DNA of 64,000 nt from an uncultured Lentisphaerales bacterium (GTDB lineage: Bacteria > Verrucomicrobiota > Kiritimatiellia > RFP12 > CAYQJG01): positions 18,115 through 82,114 of the forward strand of contig CAYQJG010000008.1 in the NCBI GenBank assembly GCA_964417715.1. Reading direction: 5' to 3'. The position numbers and the translations under genes were made by a program. The notes beneath the pieces were generated by a model. That model saw only the letters and a list, made by a program, of their open reading frames with translations, was not told the DNA's origin and did not search any database. Positions within the stretch are counted from its first letter, which is position 1. The number at the start of each line of letters is the position of its first letter. This document shows, piece after piece, positions 1-10,502 of the stretch.

Positions 1-1309
1 GCCCGTCGGCCCCGACCGTCAGCGGCACCGTCAGGCCCAGTCGCACTTTCATCTCGCCGTTGGCCGGCACCGGGAAGCACTGCACCAGGACGCTGTCGGG
101 TCCGCAGGTGGTGACCAGCACGGGGTCGCGGCGGCGCTGCACAACGCGCTCATACGCCTGGCGCGTCTGGCCGCGACCGCCAAAGGCGGCCTCGCGTTCC
201 TCGCCGGCGATCCAGAGCGTCAGGCGCGAGACGACCGCACCAGGCGGCAACGCGAGGCGCGCGCGCGCCTCGCGCTCCCAGGTGTAGTCGTTGCGGAAGG
301 TCAGCGTCCACTCCGCGTAGGTAAGACCGGACTGCTCGTCGGGCACGTCCTCGTAGCGCGATCCAAAGAGCGAGAGCCCCTTGAGCACGCCGCCGACGCG
401 CGCCCCTCCCTGATCGGCATCCCAGGTGAGCGTATCGGGACGGCCACGGCGGCCACGGCCGCCGAAGGGACCCCAGGCGTCCTCGCGAAAGAGATTGGCG
501 TCCTGCCCGGTGACACGGTAGAAGACCGTGCGCGCCTGTTCGGATGGCAAACGCTCGCTGTCGGGCAGGAGCCAGGCCGTCGGCCCCGCGAACGGCTCGC
601 CGCGGCCATGCCACGAACACGCCTTGAGCATGATGTCCTGCCGGCCATGCTGGCGCAGCAGTTTGACGCCGCGTGTCTGTACGCGCAGATCGTCGCTGGC
701 GGCCAGGTGCAGGCCGACGATCGTCAGCACGTCGGTGCCCGCCAGCAACAGAACCGCCACGCCGGCCAGCGCGAGTCCGCTGCGGAAACCGTGCAGCCGG
801 CCGCGCGGTTGTCCGGTGTAGGCACGCAGCAGACGGCGCCGCAGGAAGATGCCGCCCAGAAAAGCCAGCGCCGGCGACAGCGGCAGGAGTCCGACCAGTC
901 CCAGGCCCATGTACCACGAAGCCGCCAGCACCATGAAGGCGCCCAGGAGCGACAACGGAAGCAGCATCAGCGCGAAGAACAGCGCCAGCCCCACGGCCAG
1001 CCCACTCGCCGCGGCGGCAACCGTGCGTGCCTGCGGCCAAAGGAAGCGCGCGGCCAGCCACGCGAGCAGGTTGGCGCACGGCACGGCGGCCACGGCCGCC
1101 GCATGCCAGGGCGTCGGAATGGGATCGAGGAACGTCTCGGCGCACATGCCCGTGGCCGCTTCAACCGTCAGCGTGATCAGCGGCAGCACAACGGTGAAGA
1201 AGAGCAGCAACCAGCCGCCGGCTGTAAGCTGAGTCCAGGTGCGTCGGCCCCAGGAGGGCTTGGGGGCAACCGGCGGGGCGGATGGATCGGGCGCGGTGGC
1301 GGTATCCAT
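1..1309 (-). CDS. Polytopic membrane protein, 3' partial (runs off window start); N-terminal multi-TM region followed by a soluble C-terminal domain
   Basis: ATG at complement 1307-1309 preceded by GGAGG; translation MDTATAPDPS... has several hydrophobic helices then a soluble domain; ORF is open to position 1, so it is absent from the ORF track. Confidence 0.5.
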   Translation of the reverse strand, partial: MDTATAPDPSAPPVAPKPSWGRRTWTQLTAGGWLLLFFTVVLPLITLTVEAATGMCAETFLDPIPTPWHAAAVAAVPCANLLAWLAARFLWPQARTVAAAASGLAVGLALFFALMLLPLSLLGAFMVLAASWYMGLGLVGLLPLSPALAFLGGIFLRRRLLRAYTGQPRGRLHGFRSGLALAGVAVLLLAGTDVLTIVGLHLAASDDLRVQTRGVKLLRQHGRQDIMLKACSWHGRGEPFAGPTAWLLPDSERLPSEQARTVFYRVTGQDANLFREDAWGPFGGRGRRGRPDTLTWDADQGGARVGGVLKGLSLFGSRYEDVPDEQSGLTYAEWTLTFRNDYTWEREARARLALPPGAVVSRLTLWIAGEEREAAFGGRGQTRQAYERVVQRRRDPVLVTTCGPDSVLVQCFPVPANGEMKVRLGLTVPLTVGADG

Positions 1310-1368
1310 GTGTTTCCTCCTTTGAGAGTTGACTCACTGTATACCGTCCCACCTACCCCTGCAATCCC

Positions 1369-2658
1369 TCACGCCGGGCGCATCGGCGGAAAGAATCGGT
1401 CAATTTCACTCCGCGCGATCTCCACGGCGCGCCGCGCCTTGGCGAGATTGCCGTGCATGGAATAGACGTCGCGCACGACAAACTCGAGCGGCAGATCCCT
1501 GCCCGCTGCGATCTCGAGCGTGCCGCGGATCTCCGCCGCCCAGGCATGTTCGTTCAGTGCCACATCGACACCCAGCAGGTTGGGATCGGGTTTGCGCGAG
1601 AAGACGATCTGCCTGCCCGCGAGCGCCTCGGCCATCTGGCGCTGGTCGGCCCAGCGCGAGATCGAAACCGCCTTGAGATTGGGGAGTTTGCTGAGGGACG
1701 TCTCCCAGATCGGGTCCGCCGGCTCGCAGCACCCCCAGTAGACGAAGCCGAACAGCGCCGCCAGGTCGCGGTAGTATGGGAAACAGAACTCGTGAAACAG
1801 TTCCGGCGACACACCCACCGTCTCCTGACTATCCATAGCCGCCCACATGTCGGAGAGCCGCACCTGCCCGGCAGGAACCGGGCGCCGCGGCAGCCGTGTC
1901 GTGAAGTTGAAACAGGTGCCGCAGGTACACTGGTTGGCGTTGTTGACCACCAGCAACCCCTCCTGTTCGGCCCAGCGCGACATCCGCAAGGCGTTGTCGC
2001 GCAGCAGGGCCATTACGGCGTGCAGCGTATCCGGGCAGTCGTACATGGCCAGGAAAAACGTCTCCATGGTCATCAGCCGCATGAGCCGCTGGGTCAGACA
2101 GTTCGCGCCATAGGTGCCGGAACGGATCACCACGGGCAGGATGTCGCCGAAGGTTTCATCGAGGAACTGCTTCTCAGCCAGCGTCTCCTCACGGTTCACG
2201 CCAAAGGTCGAGGGCTTGATCAGATCGAACCCCTGGCGCAAGTCCTTGATCGGGCAATCGAAGTGATACCCGGTGACGACCCCCTCGGCATCCTTGGCGT
2301 ACTCCGTCTTGATCTCGATGCCGAACTCGTTGCACCAGACATGCCATCCCATGTCGAGTGTGTCGGGGCACACGTGGTCATCGCCGAGAAGCTCGTGGTG
2401 ACGGATGTGCCGCAGGAACCCGCCTTCCAACCGTCGACCGTAGTCGGACGTGCACTGGAAGATCGCGGCCGGCATGAAATCCCGGTCAAACGTCCACGTT
2501 TCGATGGCAAACGGCGGCCGGGCGCCAGGCCGGCCGTCATTCGTGTCAGTCCAAAGCTGCCGCCGCTGCGCCATCACGGGCAGGCGGGCGATCTCGATCT
2601 GGCGACGGGCCAGGCCACGCAAGTAGGCGCGTTCACTGGGCGGCAGGGAGTGGAGCAT
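1369..2658 (-). CDS. Hypothetical protein, possibly URO-D/MtaA-like TIM-barrel family (weak)
   Basis: ORF 1369..2724 minus; internal ATG at 2658 (MLHSLPP...) preferred over the GTG at 2724; Cys-rich, no clear signature motif. Confidence 0.45.
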   Translation of the reverse strand: MLHSLPPSERAYLRGLARRQIEIARLPVMAQRRQLWTDTNDGRPGARPPFAIETWTFDRDFMPAAIFQCTSDYGRRLEGGFLRHIRHHELLGDDHVCPDTLDMGWHVWCNEFGIEIKTEYAKDAEGVVTGYHFDCPIKDLRQGFDLIKPSTFGVNREETLAEKQFLDETFGDILPVVIRSGTYGANCLTQRLMRLMTMETFFLAMYDCPDTLHAVMALLRDNALRMSRWAEQEGLLVVNNANQCTCGTCFNFTTRLPRRPVPAGQVRLSDMWAAMDSQETVGVSPELFHEFCFPYYRDLAALFGFVYWGCCEPADPIWETSLSKLPNLKAVSISRWADQRQMAEALAGRQIVFSRKPDPNLLGVDVALNEHAWAAEIRGTLEIAAGRDLPLEFVVRDVYSMHGNLAKARRAVEIARSEIDRFFPPMRPA

Positions 2659-2693
2659 GGGGTGCCTTCGAGTTTGGCGGGGTGAGGTGTGGA

Positions 2694-3506
2694 TCACTCC
2701 GGTGACTGGAAATACTTCTTCCACGGCTCCGGGGTGTCCTTCGACATGTAGGTTGAGGACATCGAGCCGCTACCGCCTTCACGCTTGTAGGTCTGCTTGC
2801 TCTCGAACCGCAACATATCCGACCCCTCATCGCGCGTGACCGTGAGCGTGTTGTCGCTCAACCCGAAGTTCTCAAACACGCTCGGAATTTGGGTCTGCGC
2901 CTTCTCCATGAATAGGGACGCCCGATCCCCACCCAGAATGTCCGTCACAGCGGCGCGGTAGGTCGCCTGCTTCTGCTCAGCCGCATCCGCATCGCCCTTG
3001 ATCGTCAGAACCACGCGTCCCTCGCTCTGCTCGTTCACCGTGGCGCGGGCGAACTTCTCCTCCTCAATCGCGGCCTTGGTGCGTGCCGCAAGATCGTTCA
3101 GCCGCGCACGCTCGTCATCCGTCATCTGCAGCAACGCCACCATCTCGTCGGAGACACCCGTGCCGGGCATCTTGAACGCTGGGACGTGCAGCGAACGAAG
3201 TATGCAGCGGGGGATCGTGATGGTGTCGGCCGGCGCGGGTGAGGCGGATCCGGCATGGCGCAGCGACGGCGTCGCTGCCGTCGCCGCGGCGTGCGCGACG
3301 GGTATGGCAGGAGTCGGCGCAACCCGCGGCATCGCCGGCACACCTTCTTCGCTCTCCGGCGTGGTCGGTTCAGGGACCAGGCGCGGTGAAACGTCCGGCA
3401 CACTCGCCATGCCAGCAACAGGCGTCGGCGCCGTCGCGCGCTCGATGAACATGCCCAGAATCAGGCCGGTAAACAAGGCGACGGCCGGTATCACCGCTTG
3501 CTTCAT
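2694..3506 (-). CDS. Secreted/membrane-anchored Pro/Ala-rich hypothetical protein
   Basis: N-terminal hydrophobic signal/anchor (MKQAVIPAVALFTGLILGMF), long P/A-rich linker, ATGA overlap with uvrC stop. Confidence 0.55.
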   Translation of the reverse strand: MKQAVIPAVALFTGLILGMFIERATAPTPVAGMASVPDVSPRLVPEPTTPESEEGVPAMPRVAPTPAIPVAHAAATAATPSLRHAGSASPAPADTITIPRCILRSLHVPAFKMPGTGVSDEMVALLQMTDDERARLNDLAARTKAAIEEEKFARATVNEQSEGRVVLTIKGDADAAEQKQATYRAAVTDILGGDRASLFMEKAQTQIPSVFENFGLSDNTLTVTRDEGSDMLRFESKQTYKREGGSGSMSSTYMSKDTPEPWKKYFQSPE

Positions 3507-5002
3507 GGTTCGCGCTCCCGCTTCTCGTTCCTTGTGTTCTGGGCGTCGCTTGTCACCGCTCGCTTGATCGCAGCGGCCAGATCATCGCCGATTCCCGGCA
3601 CGGCTGCAATAGCAGCCACGGTGGCCCGCGACAGCTGGTAGACCGATCCGAACGCCTGCAGCAGGGCCTGCTTGCGCTGCGGTCCGATGCCGGTGATCTC
3701 ATCGAGTGCCGACTCGCGGATCAGCCGGTTGCGCAGGCGGCGGTGGTAGTCGATCGCAAAGCGGTGGGCTTCATCGCGCAGGCGCTGCAGGACCTTGAGC
3801 GCGGCCGAGTCGCGCGGCAGCAGCAGCGTCGGACGGCCGTCATCGCGCACAATCTCCTCGAACTGCTTGGCCAGACCCGCGGTCGGCAACGCCGCCAGCC
3901 CAAGCCGGGCCAGCGCCGCGCGTGCGGCGCGCAGTTGCGTGATGCCGCCGTCGACCAGCACGAGATCGGGCAGCGACTGCCCCTCGTCACGAAGCCGGCC
4001 GTAGCGGCGGGCAACCGCTTCGGCCAGCATGGCCGGGTCGTCCGCGCCGTCGACCGAACGGATGCGGAAGTGGCGGTAGCGCCGCCGGTCGGGCAGACCA
4101 TCGACCGCGCAGACCATGCTCGCGACCGCCAGTGTGCCGAGGATGTTCGACACGTCGAACCCCTCGATCACACGCGGCTCCACGGCCAACTCCAGCACCT
4201 GGCGCAGTTCGCGCAGGCCGGCACGGGCGTCGGCCGCGTGCATCTCGGGCGTGGAGACGACACGGGAACGTTGCTTGACCATCTGTTTCAGCGCCAGCCA
4301 GGTGTCGCGCAGCAGGGCGGCCTTCTCGAAGGCGTGCGCCTGCGCGGCGGCTTCCATCTGCACCTTCACGTCCTCCAGCACGGCGAGGCGTTCGCCGCGC
4401 AGGAAGGCGCAGGCTTCGTCGAAGCGCGCGCGGTAGGCGTCCGCGTCGATGCGTCCCACGCAGGGCGCGGCGCAGAAGCGGACGACGTCATCGATGCAGT
4501 GGGCGTAGGTATCCGCATCGGGCTGGAGCGGTTTGCAGCGGCGCAGGCCATAGCGCTTCTCGGCGAAGTCGAGCACGGTGCGCACCACGTCGGCGGAAGG
4601 GAACGGCCCGAAGTAACGCGCGCCGTCGTCGCGCACGATGCGGCAGGTGGTCAGGCGCGGCACCGGTTCGCGCGGATCACCGCGCAACGCGAGGTAGCGT
4701 TTGTCGTCGCGGAAGATGATGTTGTAGCGGGGACGGTACTGCTTGATCAGGTCGCTCTCGGTCAGCAGCGCCTCGGCCTCGTTGCGGACGACGAGGGTTT
4801 CGAGATCGGCGACACTGTTCACGAGGCTGCGCAGTTTGGGGGGCGCACCACGCATGGCGGAAGCGCGGAAGTAACTCTGCACGCGGCGGCGCAGCGAGGC
4901 GGCCTTGCCGACGTAGATGATCCGGCCGCCCCGATCACGCATCAGGTAGCAGCCGGGCTTGTCCGGCAGGTTCTTGAGCTTTCCGCGCAGGAACTCCGTC
5001 AT
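3503..5002 (-). CDS. uvrC: Excinuclease ABC subunit C (UvrC)
   Basis: GIY-YIG N-terminus (GCYLMRDRGGRIIYVGKAASLRRRVQSYF); ~500 aa; C-terminal HhH region; start MTEFL at 5002. Confidence 0.9.
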   Translation of the reverse strand: MTEFLRGKLKNLPDKPGCYLMRDRGGRIIYVGKAASLRRRVQSYFRASAMRGAPPKLRSLVNSVADLETLVVRNEAEALLTESDLIKQYRPRYNIIFRDDKRYLALRGDPREPVPRLTTCRIVRDDGARYFGPFPSADVVRTVLDFAEKRYGLRRCKPLQPDADTYAHCIDDVVRFCAAPCVGRIDADAYRARFDEACAFLRGERLAVLEDVKVQMEAAAQAHAFEKAALLRDTWLALKQMVKQRSRVVSTPEMHAADARAGLRELRQVLELAVEPRVIEGFDVSNILGTLAVASMVCAVDGLPDRRRYRHFRIRSVDGADDPAMLAEAVARRYGRLRDEGQSLPDLVLVDGGITQLRAARAALARLGLAALPTAGLAKQFEEIVRDDGRPTLLLPRDSAALKVLQRLRDEAHRFAIDYHRRLRNRLIRESALDEITGIGPQRKQALLQAFGSVYQLSRATVAAIAAVPGIGDDLAAAIKRAVTSDAQNTRNEKREREP

Positions 5003-5201
5003 GCGATCAGTGTCGGAGGGCGCGTGGCAGGTGTCAAGCCCGGCAGGGGGCAATTCCGCGACGACGACGCGCGGGCCTCGTGCATGTTCAGCGCTTTCGA
5101 CCGCCAATCTCCCGCGAAACGGGTGCGTGTCCGTCTGTGTTGTAAGCCGTCGGTCGGTCGGCTACACTGTGGACTCGGTCAACCACGATCCGGAGGCTTC
5201 C

Positions 5202-6524
5202 ATGGCGGGCATCTTCAAGGCATACGATATTCGCGGCATCTACGGCACCGAACTCACCGAGGACACGGCCGAACGGATCGGCCGCGCGCTGGCCACCTTC
5301 CTCGACTGCCGCAAGGTCGTGGTCGGCCGCGACATCCGGCCGCACTCGGAGCCGCTCTTCCGGGCGCTGGCACGCGGGCTGACCCGGCAAGGCGCGGATG
5401 TGATCGACATCGGCCACGCCTCCACGCCCATGACGTATCACGCCAACGGCAAACTCGGAGCCGATGCCAGCGTCATGATCACGGCATCGCACAACCCGGC
5501 TGAATGGAACGGCTTCAAGCTCTGTCGCGCCCAGGCCGTCCCCATTAGCGGCGCCACCGGCATCGCCGACATCGAACGCATCGCCACGAGCGGCGCCTTC
5601 GCCGCGCCCGCCGACCGGCCCGGCACGATCTCGACCTACGACATCCTGCCGGCCTACCGGGCTCATGTCGCCTCCTTCAACCGGATCGCCGGCCGGGTCC
5701 GGATCGCCGCGGACATGGCCAACGGCATGGGCATCTGGGAAGCTAGGACCCTCGCCGGCCTGATCGACATCGACCCGCTCTTCGAGACGCCGGACGGCAC
5801 CTTCCCCAACCACGAAGCCAACCCGCTCAAACTGGAGACGCTCGAGGCACTGCAGGCCCGCGTGCGTAAGGGCGGCTACGCCTTTGGCGTCGCCTTCGAC
5901 GGTGACGCCGACCGCGCCGGGTTTATCGACGAACTGGGCGCCGTCATCCCGATGGACCTGGTAACCGCGCTGATCGCGCAGGATATCCTGGCCGTGCGCA
6001 AGGGCGTGATCTTCTACGACCTGCGCAGCAGCTGGGTCGTCAAGGAGGTCGTCGAGGCGATGGGCGGCACGCCCATGATGAGCCGTGTCGGACACGCCTT
6101 CATCAAGCAGCAGATGCGCGAAAACGACGCGCTTTTCGCCGGCGAACTCAGCGGCCACTACTATTTCCGCGACAACTACACGGCGGAGAGTTCGGCCCTG
6201 GCCGTGCTCAGCCTCGCGAACATCGTCAGCCGCAGCGGCCGGCCGCTCTCACAGCTGATCGCCCCGCTGCGCAAGTATTTCGCCAGCGGCGAGATCAACA
6301 CGCACGTCCACACGGACCCGCAGCAGATCCTCGCCCGCATCAAGGCGACCTACACCGACGGCCGGATGTTCGAACTGGACGGCGTCAGCGTCGAATACGC
6401 CGACTGGTGGTTCAACGTCCGCTGCTCCAACACCGAGCCCCTTGTGCGCCTGAACGTCGAGGCCAAGACACAGGCGCGCATGGAGCAGAAACGCGATGCG
6501 TTGCTGGCCCTCATCCGGAGCTGA
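5202..6524 (+). CDS. Phosphomannomutase/phosphoglucomutase
   Basis: Active-site TASHNP motif (VMITASHNPAEWNGFK), GGAGG RBS before ATG 5202. Confidence 0.9.
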   Translation: MAGIFKAYDIRGIYGTELTEDTAERIGRALATFLDCRKVVVGRDIRPHSEPLFRALARGLTRQGADVIDIGHASTPMTYHANGKLGADASVMITASHNPAEWNGFKLCRAQAVPISGATGIADIERIATSGAFAAPADRPGTISTYDILPAYRAHVASFNRIAGRVRIAADMANGMGIWEARTLAGLIDIDPLFETPDGTFPNHEANPLKLETLEALQARVRKGGYAFGVAFDGDADRAGFIDELGAVIPMDLVTALIAQDILAVRKGVIFYDLRSSWVVKEVVEAMGGTPMMSRVGHAFIKQQMRENDALFAGELSGHYYFRDNYTAESSALAVLSLANIVSRSGRPLSQLIAPLRKYFASGEINTHVHTDPQQILARIKATYTDGRMFELDGVSVEYADWWFNVRCSNTEPLVRLNVEAKTQARMEQKRDALLALIRS

Positions 6525-6557
6525 ACACCCGACGCCCGCTCAACAAAGGCCCACCCC

Positions 6558-7748
6558 ATGCTGAACCAACCCGTCCTCAACGAACTCCTGCAGAAATTCC
6601 ATGCGCAGTACGGCCGCAAACCCGAGGTCGTCGCCTATGCCCCCGGGCGCATCGAGGTGCTGGGCAACCACACCGACTACAACGAAGGGTTCGTCCTGTC
6701 GGCGGCCATCAACTACGGCACGTTTTTCGCCGTATCGAAGCGCGCCGACGCCAACTGCCGGCTGACGGCCGGCGACCTGATGCGCCAGGCCGACTTCCCG
6801 GTCGGCAAACCGGTTGCCACGAAGGAGAACGGGTGGTCCAACTACGTGAAGGGGGTGCTGGACGGCCTGAGCGATGTGGCAGGTGGTCTGTCCACCGGCT
6901 TTGATGGCATGTTCCTCGGCAACATCCCGCTCGGCAGCGGCCTCTCCAGTTCGGCCGCGCTCGAGATGTGCGCCGGCCTGGCCCTGGCCAAGCTCTACGG
7001 CATCACCGTGGCGCCGGTCGCCATGGCCAAGATCGGCCAGGCGGCCGAACACAACTACGCGGGCGTCAAGTGCGGCCTGCTCGACCAGATCTCAAGTCTC
7101 TATGGCCAGGCCGGCAAACTGGTGGAGACCGACTTCCGGTCACTCGAAGTCAAGACCGTCGCGATGGGCGCGGACGTCTGTTTCCTCATGTGCAACACGC
7201 ACGCCAAGCATGCGCTCGTGGACGGCGAGTACAACCGCCGCCGCGAAGCCTGCGAGGAAGCGGCGGCCCACTTCGAGCAGGTGCTCCCCCACCCCGTTGA
7301 AGCCCTGCGCGATGTGAGCTGGGCGGAGTGGCAGGCGCACAAGGCCGGGCTGAACGAGCTCGTGGCGCGCCGCGCCGCGCACCCGATCGGCGAGAACGAG
7401 CGCGTCCTGGCCGGCGCGAAGCTGCTGGCCGACGGCGATCTGGCCGGCTTCGGCCGCCTCATGTTCGAATCACACGAAAGCTCACGCACCTACTTTGAAA
7501 ACTCCTGTCCCGAACTCGACGCGGTCGTCGACGCGGCCCGCAAGGTGCCGGGCGTCATGGGCGCGCGACTGTCCGGTGGCGGCTTCGGCGGCAGCGTCGT
7601 GGTCCTGGTCCATCCGCGCGACGCGGAGACCGCCGCCGCCGCCCTGTCGCAGGCCTACGCGCGGCAGTTCGGCAAGCCCTGCGACACACGCGTGATCCAG
7701 CCCAGCAACGGCGCACACCTGGTCGCGGCAGACAAGATCGCCGTGTAG
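6558..7748 (+). CDS. galK: Galactokinase (GHMP kinase)
   Basis: GalK signature PGRIEVLGNHTDYNEGFVL and GHMP motif PLGSGLSSSAA. Confidence 0.9.
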   Translation: MLNQPVLNELLQKFHAQYGRKPEVVAYAPGRIEVLGNHTDYNEGFVLSAAINYGTFFAVSKRADANCRLTAGDLMRQADFPVGKPVATKENGWSNYVKGVLDGLSDVAGGLSTGFDGMFLGNIPLGSGLSSSAALEMCAGLALAKLYGITVAPVAMAKIGQAAEHNYAGVKCGLLDQISSLYGQAGKLVETDFRSLEVKTVAMGADVCFLMCNTHAKHALVDGEYNRRREACEEAAAHFEQVLPHPVEALRDVSWAEWQAHKAGLNELVARRAAHPIGENERVLAGAKLLADGDLAGFGRLMFESHESSRTYFENSCPELDAVVDAARKVPGVMGARLSGGGFGGSVVVLVHPRDAETAAAALSQAYARQFGKPCDTRVIQPSNGAHLVAADKIAV

Positions 7749-7810
7749 GGAGCCCTCCGCGTGACCTTTCACGCGGAGGGCGGCGCGGTGTGCGCCGCGA
7801 TTGAACCATC

Positions 7811-8518
7811 ATGACAGCCGAGACGATGGGTGCCGGCGGCGCGGATGCCCGCATGGACGCCGCCCGGGCGGAGATGGTGGCCGTTGTGCGCGCCTATGGC
7901 GTGCGCGACGAGCGCGTGCTGGCTGCGCTGGCCACCGTCCGGCGGCACGTGTTCTTCCCCGGCGGCACGCCGGCGCCGGTTCTGGCTTATGGCGATCACC
8001 CCTGCCCGATCGGGTGGGGGCAGACGATCTCGCAGCCTTTCATCGTGGGGTACATGACGGCGCGGCTGGCGCTGGCGCCCGGCGCGCGCGTGCTGGAGAT
8101 CGGCACGGGGTCGGGCTACCAGGCCGCGGTGCTCGCGGCCACAGGCGCGCGCGTCTGGACGCTTGAGGTCGTCCCGGAACTGGCCGCACACGCGGCCGCC
8201 GTTCTGGCCCGCGAGGGCTTTGCCGGTGTGCACGTGCGCTGCGCCGACGGCTATGCCGGTTGGCGCGAGGAGGCGCCGTTCGACGCCATCCTCGGCGCGT
8301 GTGCGCCGACCGACGTGCCGCACGAGCTGACCACACAACTGGCGGACGGCGGCCGCATGATCCTGCCCGTGGGCGTGGGCGCCCAGCGTCTGGTGATCGT
8401 CCGGCGCGTGGGCGCGAAGATGACACTGGAGGACGACCTCGCCGTGCGCTTCGTGCCCATGGTTCACGCCCCGCTATCCGTACCGTTCGCGCTCCCAGGC
8501 GGCGACGTCGTCGAGTAG
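7811..8518 (+). CDS. pcm: Protein-L-isoaspartate O-methyltransferase
   Basis: PIMT motifs GQTISQPFIVGYM, VLEIGTGSGYQAAVLA. Confidence 0.85.
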   Translation: MTAETMGAGGADARMDAARAEMVAVVRAYGVRDERVLAALATVRRHVFFPGGTPAPVLAYGDHPCPIGWGQTISQPFIVGYMTARLALAPGARVLEIGTGSGYQAAVLAATGARVWTLEVVPELAAHAAAVLAREGFAGVHVRCADGYAGWREEAPFDAILGACAPTDVPHELTTQLADGGRMILPVGVGAQRLVIVRRVGAKMTLEDDLAVRFVPMVHAPLSVPFALPGGDVVE

Positions 8519-10495
8519 CGCCTGGCGATCAGCCGGCTCAAGCTGCGTCGCGCGCAACACGCCTTCGCGTAAGGTACAGTGCCACGGACGCGGCGAGCCG
8601 GCGGCGGCCAGCCGGCGGTCGATGCGGTGCCGCAGGGCATTGAGCCGCCGCCGCTGCGCCGGGGTCGTGCGCCGGTCGCGCACCACCCGCCACGTGACCC
8701 AGGTGCCGCTCAGGATCAGGACCGTCGCCAGCGCGGCCACGGCATGGTCGATCAGCCAGATCACGCCCATCGCCACGCGTTGTCGCAGACCCTGCACGGC
8801 CGCGCCGCTGCGCAACGCGCCCCAGGCCTGGCGCAGCGCCGCCAGCAGCGGGTCCCAGCGGCGCTCCCAGCGGCCAAACTTCCCGACCCCGCTTGGCCGT
8901 CCGTCGGACGGCGTCGCCTCCACAAGCTCCCACCGGGCGGTTTCAGGCACGTACGCCTCGGCCCAGGCATGCGCCGCGGATTCGCGCGCCACCCAGTAGC
9001 GCCACGACGGGTGCGGCTCGTCGCAGATGTAGCCGGTCACGTAGCGCGCGCGCACGCCACGTTGCCGCAGCATCAGCGTCGCCGCCGAGGCAAACAGTTC
9101 GCAGTGTCCCTGCCGGCCTTCGAGGAACTGCAGCACGGGGTCGCGGTCGGAGCGAAGGCTCACGCCCAGCCGGTACGTCTGGTTGGTCTGCAAACCAAGC
9201 GTGACGGCCTCGATCAGCACGCGTGCTGGCGCACCTGCGGGCGGCACCTGCCACTGCGCCAGGCGTTCCGACAAGCCCGTCGCCACACCGGCCGGAACAA
9301 CCAGATAAGGGTCGTCGCCGCCTGCCGCCTCATCCTCGCTGGCGCGGTCGAGTTGGCGCGCGTAGGCCGGGTTGGCGCGTTGCGCCGGCAGGCGGACACG
9401 GAAGCCGCTTGAACGGACCCACGCCTCGACGCGCACGGAGCCGTCGCGGTCGCACACGGCATTGTCCGCCACGATCTCAACCGGCCCCGCCGTCCCTGGC
9501 AACGGCAGGTAGGCGCCGCCGAACGCACGCGTGGGTTGCACACGCCAGGTCGTCAGCGCCGCGTCATCGGCCGGCACACTCCAATCCGGGCGCGCGAAGA
9601 GCCGCGCCGGGGCGACATCGACGGGCGCCTCGGTTTCGGGCATGGACCGTGATGCACGCATGGCCCGCCAAATGCCGCGCCCGTAGATCGGGTAGGCGAC
9701 GGTCCGCAGGTAGCCCGGCGCCCGCGTGGTCCACACGCGCAGCACGACGGCATCGCGCCCCTTTTTCGCGGGCGGCGGCTTGCGCACATCGGCCATCGGC
9801 AGTTGCCGGCCGGCACGACGGCTCGCTGCATTCTGGACCCACTCCGTCAGATACGTGCTGAGAACGTCCGACCACCCGAACACGCGCACCTGAACGAAGG
9901 CGAACAGTCCGGCCGCCAGCAGGACCGTGACTACGACGGCGGGCAACCGCCCCAGAACGGAGCGGCGCCGCGTACGGCTGATCGCCGGCGCCGGGACGCC
10001 CACAGCGGCGCGCTGGATGAGCGCGCCCAGCGGGAACAGCATGGCCATCATCACGCAGCCCTGGGCGCGGCGGACGGCCGCGAGATCGATCCCCTCGGCG
10101 TCGTTGCCGCCGGCCAGCACGACCGCGATGAAGGCGCAGGTCGCCTGCGCGCCCAGATTGGCGGCGCGTTGCTCGAAAAACGTCATCGCAACGCCGATGC
10201 CCAGCAGCACCGGGCAGAACCGGTGTGAGGCCATGAACGAGAAGCGCACCGTGTCCGAAGGTTCGGGCGAGGCCAGCACGAGGCAGAACCCGGCGCACCC
10301 GACCAGCGTCCAGACCCAGGAGCGGACCGTATGCGGCAGCGTCCGTCGTTTCGCGAACGACACGGCCAGCAGCAGCCCTGTCACGACCGGCAGAGCCGGG
10401 CTCTGCACGCTGACGGCGAACGCCACCGCCGCGCCCAGCAGCAGCCAGGCCTGCAAGACGAGCCAGCCGTATGATTTTGATCCTGACATGGCCAT
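8474..10495 (-). CDS. Transglutaminase-like membrane protein (TgpA-like; DUF3488 + transglutaminase core)
   Basis: N-terminal multi-TM region, catalytic-Cys motif GHCELFASAATLMLRQRGVRARYVTGY; start MAMSGSK at 10495. Confidence 0.8.
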   Translation of the reverse strand: MAMSGSKSYGWLVLQAWLLLGAAVAFAVSVQSPALPVVTGLLLAVSFAKRRTLPHTVRSWVWTLVGCAGFCLVLASPEPSDTVRFSFMASHRFCPVLLGIGVAMTFFEQRAANLGAQATCAFIAVVLAGGNDAEGIDLAAVRRAQGCVMMAMLFPLGALIQRAAVGVPAPAISRTRRRSVLGRLPAVVVTVLLAAGLFAFVQVRVFGWSDVLSTYLTEWVQNAASRRAGRQLPMADVRKPPPAKKGRDAVVLRVWTTRAPGYLRTVAYPIYGRGIWRAMRASRSMPETEAPVDVAPARLFARPDWSVPADDAALTTWRVQPTRAFGGAYLPLPGTAGPVEIVADNAVCDRDGSVRVEAWVRSSGFRVRLPAQRANPAYARQLDRASEDEAAGGDDPYLVVPAGVATGLSERLAQWQVPPAGAPARVLIEAVTLGLQTNQTYRLGVSLRSDRDPVLQFLEGRQGHCELFASAATLMLRQRGVRARYVTGYICDEPHPSWRYWVARESAAHAWAEAYVPETARWELVEATPSDGRPSGVGKFGRWERRWDPLLAALRQAWGALRSGAAVQGLRQRVAMGVIWLIDHAVAALATVLILSGTWVTWRVVRDRRTTPAQRRRLNALRHRIDRRLAAAGSPRPWHCTLREGVLRATQLEPADRQALLDDVAAWERERYG

Positions 10496-10502
10496 GTTCT
10501 TC

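Noticed and set aside
8474-8518. 45-bp convergent overlap between pcm and tgpA 3' ends as a possible annotation error
   Set aside because: Convergent 3' overlaps of this size are common in compact GC-rich genomes. Both ORFs have strong family signatures.
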